From: an uncultured Gemmatimonadales bacterium | GTDB taxonomy: Bacteria > Gemmatimonadota > Gemmatimonadetes > Gemmatimonadales > GWC2-71-9 | Direction of reading: 5' to 3' | Length of the DNA: 64,000 nucleotides | Assembly: GCA_963695555.1 (NCBI GenBank) | Contig: CAVOGR010000002.1 | Coordinates: forward strand, 448,001-512,000 | Shown here: positions 40,424-49,045 of the stretch, in pieces | How positions within the stretch are numbered: position 1 is the first letter of the stretch | How the letters are laid out: each line of letters begins with the position of its first letter | Program-made: the position numbers and the translations under genes | Notes under the pieces: model-generated | What the model saw: only the letters and a program-made list of their open reading frames with translations | What the model was told of the DNA's origin: nothing | The model's database searches: none

Positions 40424-41812
40424 TCAGTACGTTTCGTGCTTGTGGGGCCCCATCGAGAGCACCACCTGCACGCGGAGTTGGTTTGACGTTCCTTCGAGGT
40501 CGCTCTGGCGGTGTTCCCCCTCCAGCCGCAGATAGACGAACTCGCTCTGCCACCAGGTGACGGTTGGGGTAATCCGCCATTCACGGTCGTTGACCCCTCG
40601 CGGGGCCTCGACCCAGTCGTACCTCGCCCCAAATACCCACCGGCGGCTGGTCCGCACCTGGAGATCGGCAAACGCACCGTAGCGGTTGGTGGTCTGGCCC
40701 GCTTCGGTTGCGTGCAGTCGATAGCCCTCAGCCCGGAAGGTGATGTCCCGCCGGGTCGCGGCGTCGGGCGGCCGGTAGGTCAGCCGGAAGTCCAGCCCCG
40801 CCAGACGGCTCCGCAGATCGGCATCGCTGTTGTTGCCGCCGACCCCGGTTACGCCAAGCTGCATATAGGTGCTGCGGGTGAGTTGCCAGAAGCTCTGGAA
40901 CCTGCCGAGGAGCGAGGGTTGGGTGCCGCCCGCATAGAGTGGATCGCTCTCGGCGGTGGTGCCCTGGAGCCAAACTTCGTGGGTGCCGCCGGCGATCGAC
41001 AACGGCAGCGTCGTATAGAGCGACACGCCCACGCCGGCCAAGCCCTCCTCGCCCAGGAACCGCTGATAGACCAGGGGATACTGGCTCTCAGGAAGGGCGT
41101 GCGCGTGCCAACGATTGAGGTCGCCGAGTTGCTGGCGGATCTTGCCCGCATCGACCCGGATGCGTCCCGGCAGGCCTACCCAGTACAGATAGCCTTCTTC
41201 GACCCCGATCTCGTCTTCAGAAAAGGTGAGAAAGATCTTGGCGGTCGAATAGGGATCGAGCGCCGATTGAAACGATACCTCGACCTCACGGAGCTCCGCG
41301 TTGTCGCGCTGCGGACTCTCGTCCCGTGCCGTGAGCAGGACGGTTCCGGTGACGCTGATTTCGGGGTTGAGCACATTCTGGTTCGGCCGGCCCGCCGTGC
41401 CGGAAGGTGCCTTCGGTTGCGTAGAATCACGCTCTGACGCCGCGCCTGCAGCCGCAGCCGCAGCGGCACGGATGGCGGCCAATTCATCGACCACCGTGTC
41501 GGAAGGCGTCCCGCTGGTCTGGGGTGCTGCACAGCGCTCGATGGTGAGGCGATACACCCGGTCTTGGAGCCGGGTGATGGCAGTCGCCAACGAGTCCACC
41601 GCGGGGTCTCCGGTCGGTGTTCGCTGAAGGGAGGCAATCGGTCGCGGGGGGCAAAGCCCGGTGCCGAGCGAATCCAACCTTGCTTCGAGTGCTGTGATGC
41701 GCTGGTGAAGCGAATCAACCGCGGGCCGCAGCTCGTCCTGGGCGGCCGCATTCGAAACGGGCCACAGGAAGAGCGCGCCGACCAGCGCGGCAAGGAGGTG
41801 TGTTCGTCGCAT
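40424..41812 (-). CDS. Outer-membrane beta-barrel with N-terminal coiled coils, putative metal channel
   Basis: Signal peptide, helical region, NPEISV, amphipathic strands, NRWHAH, C-terminal GPHKHETY. Confidence 0.8.
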   Translation of the reverse strand: MRRTHLLAALVGALFLWPVSNAAAQDELRPAVDSLHQRITALEARLDSLGTGLCPPRPIASLQRTPTGDPAVDSLATAITRLQDRVYRLTIERCAAPQTSGTPSDTVVDELAAIRAAAAAAAGAASERDSTQPKAPSGTAGRPNQNVLNPEISVTGTVLLTARDESPQRDNAELREVEVSFQSALDPYSTAKIFLTFSEDEIGVEEGYLYWVGLPGRIRVDAGKIRQQLGDLNRWHAHALPESQYPLVYQRFLGEEGLAGVGVSLYTTLPLSIAGGTHEVWLQGTTAESDPLYAGGTQPSLLGRFQSFWQLTRSTYMQLGVTGVGGNNSDADLRSRLAGLDFRLTYRPPDAATRRDITFRAEGYRLHATEAGQTTNRYGAFADLQVRTSRRWVFGARYDWVEAPRGVNDREWRITPTVTWWQSEFVYLRLEGEHRQSDLEGTSNQLRVQVVLSMGPHKHETY

Positions 41813-41911
41813 TCACGCTCCACGAAAGACCAAGGTTCCTCTCGGGACCCGGGACGCTGGGCATCGGCGGTGCTGTGGAAGCCGTTGTGTGGCGCCCCGG
41901 TAGGGGGTTTC

Positions 41912-42268
41912 TCAGGCGTGGCGGAGAGGAGGAGCGCGTGGTCGAGCGTGAGTGAAGTAGTGGGAGGTGTAGAGCGGCGCGTCCGGCTGGTCGACCTCGA
42001 CGATGGCCGGCACTTGGGCACCTCGAAACCCCGCTGGGTCGAGGGGGGCGTACCGTAGCGGCGCCACGAGTGCGCCCAGGGCGCAGGCCTCGGCGTGGCA
42101 CGCTGTGCTGTCGAGCGCTTCGACGTGTACTTGTCGCGACACGTCGACGGCGTCGCCCCCGTGGTACAGCGCCGCATCGACCACCGTCCGCCCAACCGTG
42201 GCAAACAGGAATGCCAGGCCGAGGACGAGCGACCGCAGCGCGACACCCCGGGAACGAGTCATGGGCAT
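41912..42268 (-). CDS. Secreted leader protein with CHxxxC and a C-terminal RAPP arrest motif (CruR/CutF/DUF2946-like)
   Basis: MPMTRSRGVALRSLVLGLAFLFA (signal)...VH...CHAEAC...HYFTHARPRAPPLRHA*; first gene of the metal-uptake operon. Confidence 0.8.
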   Translation of the reverse strand: MPMTRSRGVALRSLVLGLAFLFATVGRTVVDAALYHGGDAVDVSRQVHVEALDSTACHAEACALGALVAPLRYAPLDPAGFRGAQVPAIVEVDQPDAPLYTSHYFTHARPRAPPLRHA

Positions 42269-42345
42269 GAAGTATAGGGCCAGGCCATGGCGCTGGAAAC
42301 GAGGGCGACCACGGCCTGACCGGTTGCAGGGACCATACCGAACTA

Positions 42346-42366
42346 GTATATTCAATGTATATACAT
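42346..42366. promoter_or_regulatory. Probable toxin-antitoxin autoregulatory operator
   Basis: Perfect palindrome ATGTATATACAT (42355-42366) within GTATATTCAATGTATATAC, just before mazE. Confidence 0.7.
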
Positions 42367-42376
42367 CCCGGACACC

Positions 42377-42619
42377 ATGATGCGAACGCGTATTTCAAAG
42401 TGGGGCAATAGCTTAGGAGTCAGGATTCCCAAGGCTTTTGCCGCCGAGGCCGGCCTCGATGACGGGACGCCGGTGGACATTTCTGTGTCCGGTGGCCGGA
42501 TCGTGGTGACAGCCCTTGGCCGGGAGTACCAGCTCGAAGAACTGGTGGACGGCATCACGGCGGAGAATCGCCACACCGAAACGGATTGGGGACATCCGGC
42601 GGGGGCGGAGGTATGGTAG
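42377..42619 (+). CDS. mazE: AbrB/MazE antitoxin
   Basis: ISKWGNSLGVRIPK...LEELVDGITAENRH...WGHPAGAEVW. Confidence 0.93.
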   Translation: MMRTRISKWGNSLGVRIPKAFAAEAGLDDGTPVDISVSGGRIVVTALGREYQLEELVDGITAENRHTETDWGHPAGAEVW

Positions 42620-42936
42620 TACCCGACCGAGGTGACCTGGTGTGGATTTCCATCGCATCGCGCTCGGACGATGGCCGCTCCAGCCGGCGCCCAGCGCTGG
42701 TCGTATCACCGGCCCGGTACAACGAGCGGGCCGGGCTCGCGCTCATGTGCGCCGTGAGTGGTGCAGCCACAGGGTATCCCTTCGAGGTTCCCCTGCCCCA
42801 GGGCCTGCCTGTGAGCGGGGTCGTCCTGGCCGATCATCTGCGCAGCGCCGACTGGAAAGCCCGTGACGCTGCCATTGCCTGCCGCGTGCCGGCGGAGGTG
42901 GTGGCGGACGTCCTGGCGAAGTTGAAACCACTGTAA
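42613..42936 (+). CDS. mazF: PemK/MazF toxin (divergent)
   Basis: PDRGDLVW...RPALVVSP..YN...GYPFEV...LADHLRSADWKAR; overlaps the mazE stop. Confidence 0.9.
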   Translation: MVVPDRGDLVWISIASRSDDGRSSRRPALVVSPARYNERAGLALMCAVSGAATGYPFEVPLPQGLPVSGVVLADHLRSADWKARDAAIACRVPAEVVADVLAKLKPL

Positions 42937-42982
42937 AGCGGACATCACTCCTCCACAGACTCCGAGAGAATCGAGACGTCAC

Positions 42983-43522
42983 ATGGCCCAACCGATTCCC
43001 CTTTCGCGAGCCCACAAGGTTGCGGGACGCTTCACGGTCAACGGTGAGCAGCATGACATCACCTTCTCGTCCCACAAGACCCTGCTCGAGGTCTTGCGCG
43101 AAGACCTCGGCCTGACCGGCACGAAGCACGGATGCGAGCTGGGAGAGTGCGGTGCCTGCGCGGTGCTGGTGGACGGCATGCCGCTTTTGTCCTGTCTGGC
43201 CCTGGCTGCCGCGTACCAAGATCGCAACATCACAACCGTTGAAGGGATGGCCGACGGGCCCCTGCTTGACCCACTCCAGGAAGCGTTTGTCGAATTGGGC
43301 GCGGCCCAATGCGGCTATTGCACGCCGGGCGTCTTGCTCACGGCACGGGCGCTCTTGAACGAGAACCCACACCCCACCAGGCACGAGATCAAGGACGCGC
43401 TGGCGGGAAACCTCTGCCGCTGCACCGGCTACATCAAGATCTACGAGGCCGTGGAACTGGCTGCCCGTCGCTTGCGTGGTGAAGAGGCGGAGCCTCTGGA
43501 GGAGTCGCTCCATGGCTACTGA
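42983..43522 (+). CDS. Xanthine-dehydrogenase-family [2Fe-2S] subunit (HcrC-like)
   Basis: GCELGECGAC, QCGYCTPG, NLCRCTGY. Confidence 0.93.
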   Translation: MAQPIPLSRAHKVAGRFTVNGEQHDITFSSHKTLLEVLREDLGLTGTKHGCELGECGACAVLVDGMPLLSCLALAAAYQDRNITTVEGMADGPLLDPLQEAFVELGAAQCGYCTPGVLLTARALLNENPHPTRHEIKDALAGNLCRCTGYIKIYEAVELAARRLRGEEAEPLEESLHGY

Positions 43523-45950
43523 CACGGGGCGGAGCCCCTACTCGGTAATCGGCACCCCACGAGCCAAGGTCGACGCGGCGGCCAAGTGTACCGGCGAGGC
43601 CATCTTTGCAGACGACCTGGTCCTGCCCCGGATGCTGAGTTGTAAGATGCTCAGGAGTCCGCATCCCCACGCGCGGATCGTGCGGATCGACACCAGGACG
43701 GCGCTGGCGGTGGATGGCGTCCACGCGGTCATTACCGGCGCGGATGTTCCCATTCCGTTTGGAATTTTGCCGGTGAGCCAAGACGAACACGCGTTGGCGC
43801 CCGACCATGTGCGCTTCATCGGCGACGCGGTGGCGGCGGTGGCCGCGCGGGACGAGGACACGGCGACCGCGGCGCTCGATCTCATCGAGGTCGAGTACGA
43901 AATCCTCCCGCCGATCGGTTCCGTTGCCCAGGCAGCCACGACCCCCGAACCGAAGCTCCACGATTACGCCGATCAGGGGAACCTCCATAAACTGATTCAT
44001 CTCGAGTTCGGCGACGTGGAGGCGGGCCTCGGGCGTGCCGATATGGTGCAGGACGACCTCTTCTTTTACGAGGGAAACACCCATCTCCCGATCGAGCAGC
44101 ACGCCGCGCTCGCGCGATACGACAAGAACGGCCGCCTCACCCTCTGGTCCAGCACCCAGACCCCGCACTACGTCCATCGCGCCCTGTCCAAGGTGCTGGA
44201 ACTCCCGCCGAGCCGGATCCGGGTGATTGCCACCCCGAATGGCGGAGGGTTTGGTGGGAAGAGCGATCCGTTTCCGCATGAGATTGTGGTGTCGAAACTT
44301 GCGATCTTGACTGGCCGCCCAGTCAAGATCTGCCTCACCCGCGAAGAGGTGTTCTACTGTCACCGCGGCCGCCACCCGGTGCTCATGCGGGTCAGGACCG
44401 GCGTGACCACGGACGGCGCCATCACCGCCATGGATTTCGAGTCCTACTTGGACGGCGGCGCCTACGGATCGTACGGCGTGGCCAGCGCCTATTACACCGG
44501 TGCGCTACAAACGGTCACCTACCAGGTGCCTGCCTACCGCTTTCGCGGCGCCAGGGCATTCACCAACAAGGCCCCGTGCGGCCCCAAGCGCGGGCACGGC
44601 ACGCCGCAGCCCCGCTTCGCGGTCGAGGTCACGCTGGACAAGATCGCCGAGCGCCTCGAGCTCGATCCCGCCGAGATGCGCCTCCGACACCTCCAGCCGG
44701 CAAACTCGATTACCGCCAACTACCTGAAGATCGGTACCATGGGACTTGGCCAGTGCATCGAGCGCGTCGCTGCTGGCTCAGACTGGAACACCCGGTTTCG
44801 GAAGCTTCCGTATGGTCACGGGCTTGGGCTCGCGTGTTCTTCCTACATCACCGGCGCCGGCCTCCCCATCTACTGGAACGCGATGCCGCATTCCGGGGTG
44901 CAACTCAAGTGCGACCGGGGAGGCGGAGTCACCGTCTTCTGTGGATCCACCGACATCGGCCAGGGCTCGGACTCGGTCCTCGCCTACATCGTGGCCGAGG
45001 TGCTCGGGCTCGATCCCATGAAGATCGCGGTGGTCACCGCCGATACCGATCTCACTCCGGTCGACCTCGGCAGCTACTCGTCGCGGGTAACGCTCATGAT
45101 GGGCCAGGCCGCCATTCAGGCTGCCGAACGCGTGAGGGAGCTCATTGCCCGTGCCGTGGCCACCAAGCTCGACCTGCCGATGGAACAACTCGTGTTCACA
45201 GGAGAGCGGGTGTGCGACCGCGCGCGGCCAGAAGAAGGCATGAGCTTCGCCGAAGCGGTGGTGCTCGCGGAGTCGGCGACAGGCACCATCGGTGCTGTGG
45301 GCAGCTACACGCCGCCCCGTTCACCGGGGCGCTATCGCGGCTCAGGGGTTGGGCCGTCACCGGCCTACAGCTACAGCGCGTGTGTTGCCGAAGTCCAGGT
45401 CGATCCGGATACCGGCATCGTTCAGGTTCCCAAGGTTTGGATCGCCCACGACGTGGGGCAGGCCATCAACCCGGCACTGGTGATGGGCCAGATCGAGGGC
45501 GGCGTCTACATGGGTCTGGGTGAGGCGCTCATGGAGGAGATGTCGTATCGCGAGAATCGAAACCTGGTGCACAAGTGGCCGTCGATGCTCGAATACAAGA
45601 GCCCCACGACGCTCGAGATGTGCGACGTCATCACCTACCTGGTCGGCGAGCCGGATCCGAACGGACCGTTCGGCGCGAAGGAGGCGGGGCAGGGTCCGCT
45701 CCTGCCGGTAATGCCGGCCGTGGCCAACGCGATATACGACGCGGTCGGGGTGCGGATCGATGAGGTGCCCATGAGTCCGCCCAAGGTGCTGAAGGCAATT
45801 CAGGCAAAGGCCAAGGGCAAGGAGCCGCGCTACGGTCCCACCGAAACGCCGGAGATCGCTTGGCCGCCCGTCACGGCGGTGCCCACTCCTGCCGAAGGCG
45901 GAGATGGGCGTGCCGCGGAACCTGGTCGTGCGCCGGCAGGAGGTCGCTGA
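43512..45950 (+). CDS. Xanthine-dehydrogenase-family Mo subunit (4-hydroxybenzoyl-CoA reductase alpha-like)
   Basis: GGGFGGK, KRGHG, DIGQG, SSRVT, GQIEGG, GPFGAKEAGQG. Confidence 0.88.
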   Translation: MATDTGRSPYSVIGTPRAKVDAAAKCTGEAIFADDLVLPRMLSCKMLRSPHPHARIVRIDTRTALAVDGVHAVITGADVPIPFGILPVSQDEHALAPDHVRFIGDAVAAVAARDEDTATAALDLIEVEYEILPPIGSVAQAATTPEPKLHDYADQGNLHKLIHLEFGDVEAGLGRADMVQDDLFFYEGNTHLPIEQHAALARYDKNGRLTLWSSTQTPHYVHRALSKVLELPPSRIRVIATPNGGGFGGKSDPFPHEIVVSKLAILTGRPVKICLTREEVFYCHRGRHPVLMRVRTGVTTDGAITAMDFESYLDGGAYGSYGVASAYYTGALQTVTYQVPAYRFRGARAFTNKAPCGPKRGHGTPQPRFAVEVTLDKIAERLELDPAEMRLRHLQPANSITANYLKIGTMGLGQCIERVAAGSDWNTRFRKLPYGHGLGLACSSYITGAGLPIYWNAMPHSGVQLKCDRGGGVTVFCGSTDIGQGSDSVLAYIVAEVLGLDPMKIAVVTADTDLTPVDLGSYSSRVTLMMGQAAIQAAERVRELIARAVATKLDLPMEQLVFTGERVCDRARPEEGMSFAEAVVLAESATGTIGAVGSYTPPRSPGRYRGSGVGPSPAYSYSACVAEVQVDPDTGIVQVPKVWIAHDVGQAINPALVMGQIEGGVYMGLGEALMEEMSYRENRNLVHKWPSMLEYKSPTTLEMCDVITYLVGEPDPNGPFGAKEAGQGPLLPVMPAVANAIYDAVGVRIDEVPMSPPKVLKAIQAKAKGKEPRYGPTETPEIAWPPVTAVPTPAEGGDGRAAEPGRAPAGGR

Positions 45951-46954
45951 TGCTCCGCCTCTCGCCCTGCACCGCGAGCTTCCCAGCAACGATTGATGAA
46001 GCTCTAGCCGAGAAGGCCACCCATGGCCAGGCGGCGTCCTACGTTGCGGGCGGCACCGATCTCTATCCCAACATGAAGCGACGGGTTCAGACTCCGGCGC
46101 ATGTGATCGATATCCGGGGCATTCCCGAGCTGCGGCAACTGGAGACGTTGTCGGATGGGCGGCTCGCGATCGGCTCGTGCATTACGCTGACGGAGCTGAT
46201 CCGACATCCCGCCGTGAGAAAAGGATGGCCCGTGGTTTCCCATGCGGCGGCACTCATCTCGACACCCCTGCTGCAGAACATGGGCACGATAGGCGGGAAC
46301 CTGCTGCTCGACACCCGCTGCAACTACTACGACCAAGGGTATGAGTGGCGGAAGGCCATCGACTTCTGCATGAAGAAGGATGGCGACATCTGCTGGGTCG
46401 CGCCTTCGTCGCCGCGGTGCTGGGCGGTGCAATCGAGCGACCTGGTCCCGGTGATGGTGGCCCTGGACGCGAGCATGCGGTTTGTGGGACCGGACGGCGC
46501 CCGGACCTTGCGCGCCCGGGATCTATACCTGAACGATGGCATCGACTTCCTGGCGAAACGACCTGATGAGCTCTTGACGACCGTCGAGCTCCCGCCGCTC
46601 GCCGGTGCCCGGGCGTCGTATGAGAAACTCCGCCGCCGCGGCTCGTTCGACTTTCCGGTCCTGGGCGTTGCGGCCTGGGCTCGCATGAACGGCGGCACCA
46701 CGGTGTCGGAGGCTCGCATCGTGATCGGCGCGGTGGGTTCGGCCCCGCTGGTGAGCGACGAAGCTGCGCAGTCGTTGGTAGGGAAGGCGCTGTCGGACGA
46801 GGCTATCGATGAAGCGGCCCGCCTCGCCGCCCGGCACGCCAAGCCGCTCGACAACACCGATTTCACCATCGGCTGGCGGAAGGACATGGTGCCGGTCTAC
46901 CTGCGGCGGGCCTTGGAGAGTTTGCGGCAGGACCCACGCGACATGGAAGGGTAA
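45950..46954 (+). CDS. FAD subunit with a [4Fe-4S] insertion (HcrB-like)
   Basis: AGGTDL, GTIGGNL, DTRC...C...IC...RC four-Cys insertion, KLRRRGSFDF. Confidence 0.9.
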   Translation: MLRLSPCTASFPATIDEALAEKATHGQAASYVAGGTDLYPNMKRRVQTPAHVIDIRGIPELRQLETLSDGRLAIGSCITLTELIRHPAVRKGWPVVSHAAALISTPLLQNMGTIGGNLLLDTRCNYYDQGYEWRKAIDFCMKKDGDICWVAPSSPRCWAVQSSDLVPVMVALDASMRFVGPDGARTLRARDLYLNDGIDFLAKRPDELLTTVELPPLAGARASYEKLRRRGSFDFPVLGVAAWARMNGGTTVSEARIVIGAVGSAPLVSDEAAQSLVGKALSDEAIDEAARLAARHAKPLDNTDFTIGWRKDMVPVYLRRALESLRQDPRDMEG

Positions 46955-46957
46955 CCG

Positions 46958-47314
46958 ATGCACTCGATCATCAAGCAGTTCGAGGCACCGGACGAAACCC
47001 GCACGTTCGAGAAAGGCAAGTTCGAAGTCGTCACCGTCGGGGGAATGACCATCGGGCGAGCGTCGTACGAACCAGGGTGGAAGTGGTCTGAGCATGTGGG
47101 CGCCGCCACAGGGGCGATGAGTTGTCAGGTTGATCACGTGGGGCTGGTGTTGGCCGGCCACGCCAAGGTCTTGCTGGACGATGGCCGTGAAATCGATCTC
47201 ACCGCCGGAGACTTGTTCGCAATCGGCCCAGGCCACGATAGCTGGGTGGTCGGCAACGAACCTTACGTCTCACCTCACTTCATGGGAGCGGAGAGCTATG
47301 CAGCAAGTGACTAG
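46958..47314 (+). CDS. Cupin domain protein
   Basis: EPGWKWSEHV...CQVDHVG...GHDSWVVG. Confidence 0.85.
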   Translation: MHSIIKQFEAPDETRTFEKGKFEVVTVGGMTIGRASYEPGWKWSEHVGAATGAMSCQVDHVGLVLAGHAKVLLDDGREIDLTAGDLFAIGPGHDSWVVGNEPYVSPHFMGAESYAASD

Positions 47315-47804
47315 GCTGGGTGCCTACTGCAGCGTCCTCGGAGTCCTGTCGCTCCTTTCCTGCGCGTCGCCGGCGCACTCTGCGCAAAATCCAACCGGTA
47401 TCGATCGCGCGGCCTGGCTCAGCGGCTGTTGGGAACGCGGGTCGGGCAGCCGGACCATGGAGGAGCAGTGGATGGCCCCGCGGGGCGACGCGATGCTCGG
47501 GATGAGCCGCGCAGTGCGCGACGGACGCCTGGCAGCCTACGAGCTGGTCCTCATTCAGGAAGACACCACGGGCTTAGCGTATGAAGCACATCCGTCAGGT
47601 CAGGCGTCGGCTCGGTTTCCTGCCGTTCTGATCAGCGACACGGCGCTGATCTTCGAGAACCCGAAGCACGACTTCCCGCAGCGGATCGGCTACGACCGGG
47701 TGGGCACGGATTCGCTCATTGGCTGGATCGAGGGTACGCGAGACGGGGAGCTTCGCCGGATCGACTTCCCGTATCGCCGGGCGCGCTGCCCATCCGAGCC
47801 CTGA
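47298..47804 (+). CDS. Exported DUF6265-like protein
   Basis: Signal/lipoprotein N-terminus; WLSGCW, EEQW, FENPKHDFPQRIGY. Confidence 0.75.
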   Translation: MQQVTRLGAYCSVLGVLSLLSCASPAHSAQNPTGIDRAAWLSGCWERGSGSRTMEEQWMAPRGDAMLGMSRAVRDGRLAAYELVLIQEDTTGLAYEAHPSGQASARFPAVLISDTALIFENPKHDFPQRIGYDRVGTDSLIGWIEGTRDGELRRIDFPYRRARCPSEP

Positions 47805-47819
47805 TGGACAGCAAAGCGG

Positions 47820-48146
47820 TCAGGGTTTGATCATGACCAAAACCATCTTGAACCGAGTGGCTGCTCTGACCGCGTGCGGCTGCCCGCCTGGCAAGATGAG
47901 CATCTCTCCGGTTCCCACCCGGTGCGGAACCCCTGCGATGGAGATCTCGGCTTCGCCGTCGATCACCTGAATCAACGCGTCGTGCGGCACGGTGTGCTCG
48001 CTCAGCTCCTCGCCTCGATCGAAGGCAAAGACCGTGACCGATCCGGTCTTTTGTTTGAGCACCACGCGACTGACCACCGCGCCACTTTGGTAGGCGACCA
48101 ATTCGGCGGCGGCAAATGTGGACCCTACCAGGGCGTTCTCTTCCAT
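47820..48146 (-). CDS. Cupin domain protein
   Basis: FAFDRGEELSEHT...PHAVRA. Confidence 0.85.
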   Translation of the reverse strand: MEENALVGSTFAAAELVAYQSGAVVSRVVLKQKTGSVTVFAFDRGEELSEHTVPHDALIQVIDGEAEISIAGVPHRVGTGEMLILPGGQPHAVRAATRFKMVLVMIKP

Positions 48147-48200
48147 GAGTAGGCCATCTCTCCTATTGAGGGGGTTCTTCAGCCACCCGGATGCCGGATC

Positions 48201-48503
48201 TCAAGCCCGGCCACGGATCTTGGCAACCCACCAGCGCAGTCCCACGAACAGGAAGCGCCAATCCTTGAAGAATTCTGGTGGCTTCCCTTCGACCGCATGA
48301 CCCGCGAACTGAAAGATCCAGCCGATCAGGAACAGGCCCAGCGGGACGGGCCAGAATCCGGGGACCACGATCGCTACCAGGAAGAATGGCAGTGAAACCG
48401 CGATCATCGGGATCCCGATTGTATGGCAGATCCGGTTGATCGGATGCTGATGGCTTTGACCATATTGGACGATCCACTCGTCCCAAGGCTTTCCTCCCAG
48501 CAT
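48201..48503 (-). CDS. DUF962/Mpo1-like membrane protein
   Basis: SHQHPINRICHTIGIP...QFAGHAVEGKPP. Confidence 0.85.
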   Translation of the reverse strand: MLGGKPWDEWIVQYGQSHQHPINRICHTIGIPMIAVSLPFFLVAIVVPGFWPVPLGLFLIGWIFQFAGHAVEGKPPEFFKDWRFLFVGLRWWVAKIRGRA

Positions 48504-48548
48504 GCGCCCTCCTCAGGAACACCGGATTAGGAACGTAAGCTGATCGGT

Positions 48549-49007
48549 CTAGCTGCGGCGTCGCGAGGACCAGTGGATTGCGCGAATGCGCCATGTTCCG
48601 GAATCCTTGCTCAGGATCATGAGCTCCGCGCCGTCGCTATTGATCGGCCGGTCTCGAAATGAACCGGTGGTCGTGGAGCTCGATACCACCCAGGCCACGC
48701 TTCCCGCGATGCTGAGTCCAATGACCTGCCGGGAGCTTGCAACGGCTCGAGCGAACTCGATGTCCGCGGCCAGGTGATGGGCTCGGTATTCCCGGAGGTT
48801 CTCGATCGTCCCGGACTCGACGATTAGGACGTCCTGGCCGAGCAACCCGAGGGCGGCCGCCGAATCTCCCGCGCTCAGCGCGGCATGGAATCCTCCAATC
48901 GCCCGGACGACGTCAGCCGAGTCGGCGGCAAACGCCTGCGCCAGGACAGCCGGCACCCATCCGAGTGCGAGGGAGAGGACCATGAAGGCGATGTGGCGCT
49001 TGGGCAT
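48549..49007 (-). CDS. Exported NTF2-like (DUF4440/SnoaL) protein
   Basis: Signal peptide; FHAALSAGD, HHLAAD, WRIRAIHWSS. Confidence 0.8.
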   Translation of the reverse strand: MPKRHIAFMVLSLALGWVPAVLAQAFAADSADVVRAIGGFHAALSAGDSAAALGLLGQDVLIVESGTIENLREYRAHHLAADIEFARAVASSRQVIGLSIAGSVAWVVSSSTTTGSFRDRPINSDGAELMILSKDSGTWRIRAIHWSSRRRS

Positions 49008-49045
49008 GAGAAGACTCACCGGACCTGAGTGTGGTGGAGTAGCAC

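Noticed and set aside
42340..42980. mazEF as part of a mobile element
   Set aside because: No transposase, integrase, att site or terminal repeats were seen nearby.
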